A stretch of DNA of 64,000 bases from a bacterium (lineage in GTDB: Bacteria > Electryoneota > Electryoneia > Electryoneales > Electryoneaceae). The position numbers and the translations under genes are program-made. The stretch covers positions 1,920,001-1,984,000 of the forward strand of contig OY769902.1 in NCBI GenBank assembly GCA_963669175.1, read 5' to 3'. This document shows, one piece after another, positions 21,038 through 31,400 of this stretch; within the stretch, counting starts at the first letter, position 1; the number at the start of each line of letters is the position of its first letter. A model generated the notes under the pieces. That model did no database searches. It worked only from the letters and a program-made list of their open reading frames with translations, and was not told where the DNA came from.

Positions 21038-21067
21038 TTGACTTTGCATGGGGGGGGGGGGTAGTAT
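21038..21067 (+). promoter_or_regulatory. Sigma70-type promoter with G12 tract in the spacer
   Basis: TTGACT (21038-43), 18-nt spacer containing G12 (21050-61), TAGTAT (21062-67). Confidence 0.6.
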
Positions 21068-21195
21068 TTTGATAATGAAACAACGATGTCATCCTGTTTC
21101 TATTTCAGGATGAAGGACTGTATAGAAAGCATGCGTCGTTTCCAATCTCAAAAAATGAGATACGGTGCATGCAATAAAGGATAAAGGAGAGTGAC

Positions 21196-21591
21196 ATGAG
21201 AAGGATGAGGAAACCACTGCTTGCATTAGTATTGCTTATTTCCTTGGCAATGGTAACAAATATCATTGCAGAAGTTATTTATTATAATGAATTTACTGCC
21301 GGAGATGCAGTGACTTACAATTACACTTGTACTGCTTCTGATGGAAGGGATCCGGCAACATCCCATGTGGATGCTCGTAACCTGACCGGAAGTATCAGCG
21401 CATCTGTTTTGGTTACTCATAATGGAGTTGATGATTGTTGGATTTTTCTTAGGTCAGCAACATATGAGTATCGAAATTGGGGAAATTTACTATGGAATAC
21501 ACAGAGCGACAATAACAATACAATAGCGCATCATGTGGATGATGGATCCAATGGTATCTGTATTTTTAAGACGGTTGTGTATCCAGATTGA
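21196..21591 (+). CDS. Small secreted hypothetical protein
   Basis: RBS AAGGAG; basic N-terminus plus hydrophobic signal; beta-rich; 3 Cys; AT-rich. Confidence 0.7.
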   Translation: MRRMRKPLLALVLLISLAMVTNIIAEVIYYNEFTAGDAVTYNYTCTASDGRDPATSHVDARNLTGSISASVLVTHNGVDDCWIFLRSATYEYRNWGNLLWNTQSDNNNTIAHHVDDGSNGICIFKTVVYPD

Positions 21592-21691
21592 TCTGATCAG
21601 GTAAATTCTTTATTTATAGGTAGATAAAGAAGAATGTGTTGTCAGTCTTCAGTTGATAACACATTCTTTCATTTATACAGGAGTTTCTGTT

Positions 21692-23968
21692 ATGAAGGAA
21701 GCATGTATTTTATCCATAATGGTAGTTTTAGTTTTAATAGTTGTCGTATGTGGTAATGCTGCCATATTACGTGTGCCCGGTGAGTATAATACTATTGCAG
21801 ATGCTTTTAATTCTTCACAAGTAGGCGATACCGTATTGGTATACCCGGGTGATTACAATGAGAGCATAATCATTGATCATGATCTCAGCCTCTTCGGTAC
21901 TTATGTATTCACACATGACAGCTCGGAGATTCACGAGACCCAACTGATTGCCTTAACGAATTCACGTATTCTGGATATTGTTGGTCCTGACATTCGGGTA
22001 AGCATAGAAGGCATACTTTTTGGAAATGGATACTTGGCGGATGAACAGGAGTTTGGCGGGGCAATTCGCGCAAATCAATCAGAACTATTACTTAAGAACT
22101 GTATATTTACCAGTAATTATGCAGAGTGCGGTGGTGCTATTTATACAGATAGTAGCTCTGTTACGGTGAATAATTGTCAATTTTCACAAAACATGGCAGG
22201 CTACAGTGGGGGGGCGATGCATCATTCCTGTGGCTATAATGAAATCAAGAACTGTGTTTTTGCACAAAATATATCGGGTTGGATCGCTGGTGGAATAACA
22301 GGAGTAAACTCAACCAGTATTGTCAATGATAATGTGTTTAAAGAAAACAGAGGATTGACATTTGGTGGAGCAATTAATCTTGGATGGGAAGGTCAAAAGG
22401 CAACGATAAAGGAAAATGTAATAGTAAATAATCGTTCTACTTTTGGAGGAGGTATATTTATATCAGGAATGGATTCTGTATGGATAGAAAGTAATTATAT
22501 TGCATTTAACCTAGCAGATGAGGGTGCAGAAGTTAATACAGGTCTTGGTGGAGGGTTAGTAGTAATAGATAGTGCTGCATATTATGAAATATATAAAAAT
22601 AACTTCTATAATAATGTTTCATATTCTACTGGTGGTGCTGCAGTACTTGGCTCTACTTCATTGGTTTATGATAATATTATAAAAAATAATAAATCAAGGA
22701 GTGCCGGAGCTTATGTGGTAAAACAGGTCAATGATTATGAACCACACGTAGAATCATATAATAATCTGATAATAGGTAACCTAAGGGAAGAAGAAGAACC
22801 ACAGTATCAATATTTTGGCGCTATTGATGCACGGGGCTATTCTCAACTTATGGCCTATCATAATGATATTTACGGTAATCGACCTAGAGCAGCAGGTTTC
22901 TATATTGAGGATACTCTGGAAACCGTTATGAATGTGACAAACAACTACTGGGGCCATCCATCCGGTCCTTATCAGGCGAATCAAAATCCCGGCGGATTGG
23001 GAGATACGGTCAGTACACTTCTTGATGTTATCCCTTTCTCTTCAACTCCCTTTACGAATTTTCGAAATCCTGTTGGACCGGTATTGAATCATCCGAATGA
23101 TGGCGCAATTAATGATACCCTTCCGATACGTTTCACCTGGGAAGAAGCCACAGATCCCAATCCGGATGATACCATTCATTATATCCTCGAATTGTCGCTG
23201 GATGAGGAGTTCACCGATCCGGATCAATACTATTTCATTCCCCAGCCAAGCCGTGTTGTGAGCTGGTTTGACTACGAGAACACCTATTACTGGCGCGTGA
23301 TCGCCTACGATGATGTCTGGTTGATGGATACCAGTGAAGTCCGTGAACTTCGTGTCACCAGTGAAGGCTTGCCCCCACGTATCTTTAACCTGCTATCGCC
23401 GCAAGAGGATGAGTTGATCCTTGAGACGCCGGTTACGTTTACCTGGAGCCGTGCCCTGGATTTTACCATCGGGGATACGGTCAGTTATACGCTGGAACTG
23501 GCGCCCATAGCCCAGTTTGATGACCCCATTACCTACCCTGTCGGGATGGATACTTTCTTCACCGTGGATGAATCCCAGTTTGAATGGGAAGAGACCTATC
23601 GCTGGCGTGTGGTGGCTGAGGATATTTTCGGGCATCGACGTTTCTCCAGTCAGATGTTTGACTTTTTCCTGACCGGGGTGTCGGAAACCGCGAAGGAAGG
23701 ATTGCCGGAAACGTGGGATCTCAGCGCTCCGTACCCGAACCCGTTCAATGCGCGCATGGCGGTGATTGTGAGTGTGCCGGAACGTGGGCTTGTGGATGTT
23801 GACGTGTTCGATGTGCTGGGACGACAGGTAACAAGATTGCACCGTGGGGAGCTGACTCCCGGCTGGCATCGGATCGGTTGGGAAGCCAACGCGCCTTCCG
23901 GAACCTATTTCGTTCGCGCCCAAAGCGGCCACTGGTCACAAGTCAGGAAGGTATTGCTTCTGAAGTGA
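21692..23968 (+). CDS. Secreted parallel beta-helix protein with two FN3/Ig-like repeats and T9SS/FlgD-type C-terminal domain
   Basis: 'LRVPGEYNTIADA...GDTVLVYPGDY', repeated 'N...GGAI', 'NNYWGHPSGP', two 'FTW...Y.LEL...Y.WRV.A.D' repeats, 'YPNPFN...KVLLLK'. Confidence 0.85.
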   Translation: MKEACILSIMVVLVLIVVVCGNAAILRVPGEYNTIADAFNSSQVGDTVLVYPGDYNESIIIDHDLSLFGTYVFTHDSSEIHETQLIALTNSRILDIVGPDIRVSIEGILFGNGYLADEQEFGGAIRANQSELLLKNCIFTSNYAECGGAIYTDSSSVTVNNCQFSQNMAGYSGGAMHHSCGYNEIKNCVFAQNISGWIAGGITGVNSTSIVNDNVFKENRGLTFGGAINLGWEGQKATIKENVIVNNRSTFGGGIFISGMDSVWIESNYIAFNLADEGAEVNTGLGGGLVVIDSAAYYEIYKNNFYNNVSYSTGGAAVLGSTSLVYDNIIKNNKSRSAGAYVVKQVNDYEPHVESYNNLIIGNLREEEEPQYQYFGAIDARGYSQLMAYHNDIYGNRPRAAGFYIEDTLETVMNVTNNYWGHPSGPYQANQNPGGLGDTVSTLLDVIPFSSTPFTNFRNPVGPVLNHPNDGAINDTLPIRFTWEEATDPNPDDTIHYILELSLDEEFTDPDQYYFIPQPSRVVSWFDYENTYYWRVIAYDDVWLMDTSEVRELRVTSEGLPPRIFNLLSPQEDELILETPVTFTWSRALDFTIGDTVSYTLELAPIAQFDDPITYPVGMDTFFTVDESQFEWEETYRWRVVAEDIFGHRRFSSQMFDFFLTGVSETAKEGLPETWDLSAPYPNPFNARMAVIVSVPERGLVDVDVFDVLGRQVTRLHRGELTPGWHRIGWEANAPSGTYFVRAQSGHWSQVRKVLLLK

Positions 23969-24927
23969 AAAAAGTGGGCAGTGAAATAGGTGAAAAAAGT
24001 AAAGAATGTAAAAAACGTAAAAAAGGTCGGGTGGCCAGATCCGCAAGTGACAATGTTTCCATTCTATCTGAACCCGGAATCCGCAACGAAGACCACACTA
24101 CAAGCTGAATTCAGGAGCGCATCTGGACGAGACCAACTTGCAGCAAAAGGGGACTGTTTCCTTTTCCGCAAGGTCAGCTGGAGTGTCCGGCACAGGACGT
24201 GGGGAAAAGGATCCCGTCCCCTTTTCGTGCAAGCCACCTGTAGCCCGGCCATGCCTGGCCGGGAAAAGCTGTCGTGTGGTCGTGTGGCCCGAGTCGCAGA
24301 TGAGATTGTTTCCGCTATGCCTGATTCATGAATACTCTGTTCATGTTGGAATAGGTGAGGAAGCCAGGAGTGGATCGGGAAACGACACAAACAAGCGGAC
24401 TAACTTCTTGAATAAATTAAAATAGACCCCGCCGGACAGCAGCCTTCGCTTCGCTACGGCTCGCTTCAAGCCGGCGGGGCCAATACCGGACACACGCTTC
24501 AAGCGGTGGGGCCAAGCTACACATCTGCAGCAAAAGGGGACTGTTTCCTTTTCGTTGCGCGGAGGTGAGATACTTCGTGATTCAGGTAATCGAAAAGGTG
24601 ACTGTACCCTTTTGCCTGTGACAAAGTGTAACGCTCTTTTCTGTCCAATGCGATCAGGTTTTATCACTGCGAAAAGGGTACAGTTTCCTTTTCCGCAAGG
24701 TCAGCGGGAGTGTCCGGCACAGGACGTGGGGAAAAGGATCCCGTCCCCTTTTCGTGCAAGCCACCTGTAGCCCGGCCATGCCTGGCCGGGGAATACAGTC
24801 GGATGGCCCTAGTGAATCGGGAAAACGATGCAAGCAAGCGGACTAACTTCTTGATACAATTTATAATAAACCCCGCCGGGCAGCCGCCTTCGCTTCGCTA
24901 CGGCATGCTTCAAGCCGGCGGGGCCAA
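23960..24927. repeat. Right modular repeat array (same modules as 19593-20925)
   Basis: 23960-24140 matches 19747-19927; REP modules at 24141 and 24528; hairpin modules at 24391-24483 and 24835-24927. Confidence 0.9.
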
Positions 24928-25042
24928 TAGGATACATTTTCAGCCAAAAGAAAATGTTGAAAACAGTCGAGGTGAGCGCCTTTATTGAGAAAAAGCAGCC
25001 CGGGTGCAAGCACGCCGGGCCACGCAATATTTGTTACAATGT

Positions 25043-25156
25043 ACAGGATTAACAGGATATTAAGGATATAAAGGATGTATCATAATTGTGCTAACATCAA
25101 GTAAAAAAGAGAAAGTCTTAATCCTGCACATCCTTCTCATCCTTCGCATCCTGTAA
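25043..25156. repeat. Inverted pair of 9-nt periodic AGGAT/ATCCT repeats
   Basis: (nnAGGATnn)x4 at 25043-25078 facing (ATCCTnnnn)x4 at 25121-25156. Confidence 0.7.
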
Positions 25157-25183
25157 ATTCAATCTTGATCCAACCAAAACGGA

Positions 25184-26287
25184 CTAATGAATGATATGCA
25201 GCAGACGGTTCCAGCGGACGATCTGCCAGATTTTGGCTGCCTTGTTGTTGAATGAGAAATACAGGATCATGGCTTCCCCGAGCACCAGCTTTTTCGGGAG
25301 GAATCCCCAGTACCTGCTGTCCGCTGAATTGTCACGGTTATCACCCATCATGAACAGGTGGCCTTCCGGGACGCGGATAGGGCCGTAATTGTAACGGCTT
25401 CCCCGATACATGGGGAAGGGGCAGGTTTGCAGGAACTGCATCATCCTGGCTACCGTTTCCGGATCGCCATTGTGCATGTCCGGGAAAGCGAAACTGAAAA
25501 TCTCGGCATATTCCGGTGTGGGGATGACCTGACCGTCAACAATCAAGCGACTGCCCTCGATTTCGAGAGTCTGCCCGCCCACCGCGACCGCTTCGGCGAT
25601 ACCGGTATCCATGAGGACAAATGTCGCTTCGGGGACAGTCACTGGCCCGTAATGGAATGAGCCGGACGCTCGTCCGATTTCCCAGCCTTCAAGCAATTCG
25701 TTTGGAGGTGGCGTGGAACGTGGCGGCCCCCATTTCCCTTTCGGCGGCAGCGGTGATTCTTCACCGTCGATATACAGGGTCTTGTTTTTCACTTCTACCA
25801 CCTGCCCTTCGGTGGCGACACAACGCTTGATATAGTTTAACCTCTGGTTCACCGGGTAACGGAAGATGATCACATCGCCGGGTTCAGGATTCCAGATGGA
25901 AGGAACACGAAAATAGGGAGTTTCAAAGCCAATATTCGTATAAGGAATGCCAACCCAGTCCGGTGTGCGGACGCCATATTTAAACTTGTTCGCCAGCAGG
26001 AAGTCCCCGACCAGCAGGGTGTTTTCCATGGAACCGGAGGGGATACGGAACGCTTCAGCAACAACAACACGGATGAATGTTACAATCAGGACGACTTCAA
26101 CAATCGTATACACCCAGTCCAGTAACCAACCACGTTTACGACGCAGCTCTTCACGTTTCCTCTTCTGCTCCTGTCGCCAGTGCAGGAATTTCTGCAACGC
26201 GTTCAGGTCTTCAATTGGTTCAGCAGGGACTGATTCCGGTGAGGGGGAGGAGTCGTGCTGTGGGGCATTCTTCTGTTGTTTGCTCAT
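25184..26287 (-). CDS. lepB: Signal peptidase I
   Basis: [33 protein letters not shown]; downstream of lepA. Confidence 0.93.
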   Translation of the reverse strand: MSKQQKNAPQHDSSPSPESVPAEPIEDLNALQKFLHWRQEQKRKREELRRKRGWLLDWVYTIVEVVLIVTFIRVVVAEAFRIPSGSMENTLLVGDFLLANKFKYGVRTPDWVGIPYTNIGFETPYFRVPSIWNPEPGDVIIFRYPVNQRLNYIKRCVATEGQVVEVKNKTLYIDGEESPLPPKGKWGPPRSTPPPNELLEGWEIGRASGSFHYGPVTVPEATFVLMDTGIAEAVAVGGQTLEIEGSRLIVDGQVIPTPEYAEIFSFAFPDMHNGDPETVARMMQFLQTCPFPMYRGSRYNYGPIRVPEGHLFMMGDNRDNSADSRYWGFLPKKLVLGEAMILYFSFNNKAAKIWQIVRWNRLLHIIH

Positions 26288-28095
26288 GAGTCTACCTTTA
26301 ACACCGCCAGAAACGCCTCTTGCGGAACCTCAACCGATCCCAGGCGCTTCATCCGTTTTTTACCCTCTTTCTGCTTCTCAAGCAGCTTCCGTTTACGCGT
26401 AATATCACCGCCGTAACATTTGGCTGTAACATTTTTACGTAGCGCTTTTACGGTACTTCTCGCGATAACTCGTGTGTTGACCGCAGCTTGGATCGCTACT
26501 TCAAACATCTGCCGTGGGATCAGGTCTTTCAGCTTGTCAACAACCTTCCGGCCCCATTCATAAGCTTTGTCCTCATGGACGATCATGGACAACGCATCCA
26601 CCGGGTCACCGTTGATCAGGATGTCGAGACGCGATAGCTGGGCTGGTTCGTAGCGAACAAACTCGTAGTCAAACGATGCGTAACCGCGTGTCTGGCTTTT
26701 CAGGCGGTCATAAAAATCGAAGACAACTTCGGCCAGCGGGAAATCATAGGTCAGGTTCACTCGTGTTGTCTCGATGTATTCCTGGCTGACAAACTGACCA
26801 CGACGTTCTCTCGCCAACTTCATCACCGGCCCGACATACTCGTCTGGGGTGATTACCTGTCCACGTACAATCGGTTCTTCGATATGATCAATCATACCCG
26901 GATCGGGAAAATCGACCGGGTTGGACAACCATTCTTCCTTGCCGTCCGTATGCACAACCTTGAATCGCACACTGGGAACCGTGCTGACCAGGTTCAGATC
27001 GAATTCTCGTTCCAATCGTTCCTGTATAATTTCCATGTGCAGCAGGCCCAGGAAACCGCAACGGAAGCCGAAGCCAAGCGCCGTTGAGCTTTCTGCATCA
27101 TACCGCAGGGAGGCGTCGTTCAGTGCCAGACGATCCAGCGCGTCCCGCAGGTTCTCATATTGCTCATGATCCGCCGGGAACATTCCCGAGAAGACCATGG
27201 ATTTCGGTTCTTTATATCCCGGCAGCGGTGTGGGCATATTGCCGGCGCCTTTGCGAAACGCCATGACCGTGTCACCGACTCGAGTATCACGGATTTCCTT
27301 GCACCCGGTCACCAGGTAGCCGACTTCACCTACACCGAGCTGCTTGCGTGGAAGCTTCTCAAGCCTAAGGACGCCCAACTCTTCTACAAGGTAGCGTTTG
27401 TCGGTCTGGTAAAAGAGGATCTCCATATCCGGTTTAAAAGTGCCGTCCACAACGCGGATATAGGCGATAGCGCCCTTGTAGTTGTCGTACATGGAGTCGA
27501 AGATGAGCGCTCTCGGAAGAGCGTCCGGATCGCCTTTGGGCGGCGGCACCTTGTGAACGATGGCTTCCAGTAGCGCGTCGATGCCGACACCTTCTTTGGC
27601 GGAAACCTTCAGGATCTCTTCTTCATCGCAACCAATCAGGTCAACGATTTGTTGCGTGACTTTGTCAACCTGCGCGGAAGGCAGGTCGATTTTATTGATA
27701 ACCGGAATGATTTCCAGGTCGGCATCCACAGCCAGGTAGAGATTAGCGAGGGTTTGCGCTTCTACTCCCTGTGCGGCATCGATGACCAGCAGGGCGCCTT
27801 CAGCAGCGGCAAGGCTGCGGCTGACTTCATAAGAGAAGTCCACATGCCCGGGCGTGTCCACCAGGTTCAGGATATATTTCTGTTTATCTTCCGCGATATA
27901 ATCCATGGTAATCGCGTGAGCCTTGATCGTGATGCCACGTTCCTGCTCAAGTTCCATGGAGTCGAGAACCTGGGCGCGCATCTGCTTGGAGGTGAGAGTA
28001 GCGGTAGCCTCCAGCATGCGGTCTGCCAGGGTCGATTTTCCGTGATCAATGTGCGCAATGATACAGAAATTGCGTATGCTTTTCGGGTCTGACAT
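26284..28095 (-). CDS. lepA: Elongation factor 4
   Basis: [49 protein letters not shown]. Confidence 0.98.
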   Translation of the reverse strand: MSDPKSIRNFCIIAHIDHGKSTLADRMLEATATLTSKQMRAQVLDSMELEQERGITIKAHAITMDYIAEDKQKYILNLVDTPGHVDFSYEVSRSLAAAEGALLVIDAAQGVEAQTLANLYLAVDADLEIIPVINKIDLPSAQVDKVTQQIVDLIGCDEEEILKVSAKEGVGIDALLEAIVHKVPPPKGDPDALPRALIFDSMYDNYKGAIAYIRVVDGTFKPDMEILFYQTDKRYLVEELGVLRLEKLPRKQLGVGEVGYLVTGCKEIRDTRVGDTVMAFRKGAGNMPTPLPGYKEPKSMVFSGMFPADHEQYENLRDALDRLALNDASLRYDAESSTALGFGFRCGFLGLLHMEIIQERLEREFDLNLVSTVPSVRFKVVHTDGKEEWLSNPVDFPDPGMIDHIEEPIVRGQVITPDEYVGPVMKLARERRGQFVSQEYIETTRVNLTYDFPLAEVVFDFYDRLKSQTRGYASFDYEFVRYEPAQLSRLDILINGDPVDALSMIVHEDKAYEWGRKVVDKLKDLIPRQMFEVAIQAAVNTRVIARSTVKALRKNVTAKCYGGDITRKRKLLEKQKEGKKRMKRLGSVEVPQEAFLAVLKVDS

Positions 28096-28414
28096 GGATC
28101 TTCGTTGTACTCGTTAGGGCCAGTATGTCTGTGTACGTTTTGAAAAGAATCAGGTTCCATCCAAGGACATTACAATCTTGCAAGATACGGTTTTTCAATC
28201 GATAGAAGAAAGAGGTCAATTGTTGCCCGGAGATGAATTTATGAGAGAAAAATGCCCGTATGGATTTGATTTGATGACGTGGACGTGTATTTTATTGACA
28301 CATTCGGTCTTGGCCAGATCGAGTTACACGCATCCCCGGAAAACTTGTAAAACCTGATGTTCGGGTTCTACTGCCACGAGGTCTTTTCCATCCGAACGAA
28401 ACAGGAGAAGGATC

Positions 28415-31400
28415 ATGCACGCTGCAAACAAGATTCGGATCATCTTTCTTCTACTTTTACTTGTAATTCCCGTTTATGGCCTGAGTTCAGAGCTGGATGA
28501 ATCCGGCGGTCCAGATGAATACGGGTACTATTACATCGACAGTGAAGAGATTGGCGGACCACAGTACAACTGGGTAGACATCCGTCCCACTGGGGGAGAT
28601 TCCATCCCGGCGGATCTATGGGCGGATGAGTCCTATGTGGGGCCGATATGGCTCACCTTCATGTTCCCATTCTATGATGAAGAATACGGTTCTGTTCTCC
28701 TGAGCAGCGAAGGTTACCTGACTTTTCTCAATTATGAAGATCCCCCCGTATCGCAAAATGTTGCCATCCCGGATACCAGCCCACCGAACGCCATTATTGC
28801 TTGGTTCTGGGATAATCTGAACCCGGTTTTCAACGGCGTTGAACCTTCCGTATGGTATGGTGAAACAGGTGATAGCGCCTTTGTGATCCAGTTTCAATCT
28901 TTTTGCACGGGTGATGATGAAGACAACCTGATCCAGGCAGAAATTCTTCTCTATGAAAACGGGGATATCGTTCTTCAGTACGAGTCCATCCCGGACGGTA
29001 TCAACCTGACAGGAAAAACGATCGGTATTGAAGATGAAACCGGAACTGCCGGGTTTACCGTATCCTACAACAATGAACCGGCAAATTACCCGCTGGAAGA
29101 GCTGGCCATTCGTTTCTACCAAATCCCTGACAATGCCATTTTATCGGGCATCATCACGGATCAGGAAACCGGCGAGCCAATCGAATATGTGACGATTACC
29201 TGCGGCGAGATGCAGGATGAGTCGGATGAAGATGGGCATTATGAAGTGGGGCCGCTCTGGTCAAATTACCCGTTACAGGTTATCGCGCAGTGGTATGGGT
29301 ATTTCACTCATATAGACACAGTTACGCTGAATCCGGAGGTCAATACCTACAATTTCTCACTACTGCCCTGGCCGGAATCTTACCAGTCGTGGTCAACTGA
29401 TTTTGAGTCCAACCCGGATATGTTTACGAACCTTCATGCTACTCAGGATTGGGAGTGGGGAGACCCTGACGGAGGCGCAGCTCATTCCGGTGAGCTCTGC
29501 TGGGGAAACTCCCTTTCCGGTGAGTATGCAAACGGGATCGCCGATACCCTGATCAGCATGCGTGAATGGTATATCGCAGGTGAAGACGCTTCATTCAGTT
29601 ACTGGCACTTCTATGATTTTGAAAACAATGTTGATGGGTATCATCTGCTTATTTCCTCGGATTCATTGGAAAGCTGGCAGTTGCTCACGCCCAATGACGG
29701 CTATTCCAGCCAGAATGTGAGCAGCCTGGCCAACCAACCCGGCTTCTCAGGCAATCTGGGCGGAGAGTGGGAAGAAGTTGTTGTCAACCTCAATGATTGG
29801 GCGGACGAGGAGGTTTTCCTTGCATTTGTCATGGGTACTGACGGAGAAAATACAGCAACCGGTGTTCTGATCGATGATTTCTCAATCAGCCTCCCCACAG
29901 GATCAATAGAAGGCGCAGTGGTTATCAACAGTAACGAACCTGTCGTTGAAAATATTCCGGTCTTCCTGTACGAACCTGTTGATCATTCGCCTGTGCTTTA
30001 CGATACCACAGACGTTGATGGGGAATTCGCTTTTCATGGCCTGCTGCCGGAAAGCTTTTTCATTCACATTGATCATAGCGGAATTTTCCAGGATTGGAAT
30101 GATACTGTTGTTGTCGCATTGAATGACACGTTACAGGTCGAGGCTGAAATCGATTCCATTCCGCTCTATTCCTGTACTGAAGTTCAGCAGGAACACAATG
30201 TTGGCGACCTCGTGCGTGTGAAAGGTATCGTAACCCTGGGGGATAATATCATCAGCGATGAGTATTCTCAGTTCTACCTGCAGGACATGAGCGGCATGGG
30301 GCTTGAATTGTATTCGGATGAAGCTCCCGATCCAGCGGCGCCGTTGTACCAGGGGATCGAAATTCACGCCTGGGGGGAACTGCAGGAAGATGACGAGAAT
30401 ACGGTCCTGGTTGATTATGAGTTGGAGATGCTCTCAACCGGTAATACACTGCCTGCGGCACAGGAGTTGACCTCGCTGGAAGCATCGACCTTCGACAGCC
30501 TCGAAGGATGCCGCGTCATGGTAAGCGGACGTCTGATGGATACGCCGGAACCCGGTGGCAGCTATTCCATACGTCTCGATGATGGCTCCGCACAGCTACA
30601 GGTGCATCTGTATGAGAACGCGAATGTTGTTTTGGTTGATTATCCACGTTTCAGTTGGTTGACCATCGAAGGTGTGCTGACCCATAATGTGCTGGATAAC
30701 CTGTGGCTCGTTCCCGGATGTCATGGTGATATCACGCCCTATGTGTACCCGCCTCGTAATTTTACCGCCGACCTGGATACGGCTACCGGAATCGTACACC
30801 TGGATTGGGAACATACCCCGCAACCGGGGCAGTTGTATGAACTGATCTATGATGATGACGCCTATACCGGAAGTTATCATGTTGAAGACTATGTCATGTC
30901 CACACGTTTCAGCCCTGAATTGCCCTGCCAGATCACAAAGCTGAAATTCTTTACCCTTGCTACGGATGATGATGCAACATCTTTTGAGGCCGAAATTTAT
31001 CCCTGGATCAGGCAAGCCCCTGATACCGAACCGTCCTGGACCAGCACGCTGGAAGCGAACAACATGGCATGGACTGAAATCGATTTGAGCGACCAGAGTG
31101 TTGAATTCAATGGTGATTTCACGGTTGGTTTTGCCGCTGGAGAAGATCCGGTAAGCCTGGCCTTTGATGCAGGGCTGGATAACGGCAGAAGTTTTGATTA
31201 TGACGGAACCGAATGGATACGCTGGCACCAGGCCTACCTGATTCGAATTGAGGTGATTTACGAGGATGGAACCCTTGCAACGCTGAGTCCTGTTGCAGGT
31301 GAAGATGTGAAAGTATCAAGTGAACCGCGTGAATACCTGGCGCTTGATGGTTCCATCGGGATGACTCGGCCGGTGAAGACGGTAGCCGAGGCAATTGACG

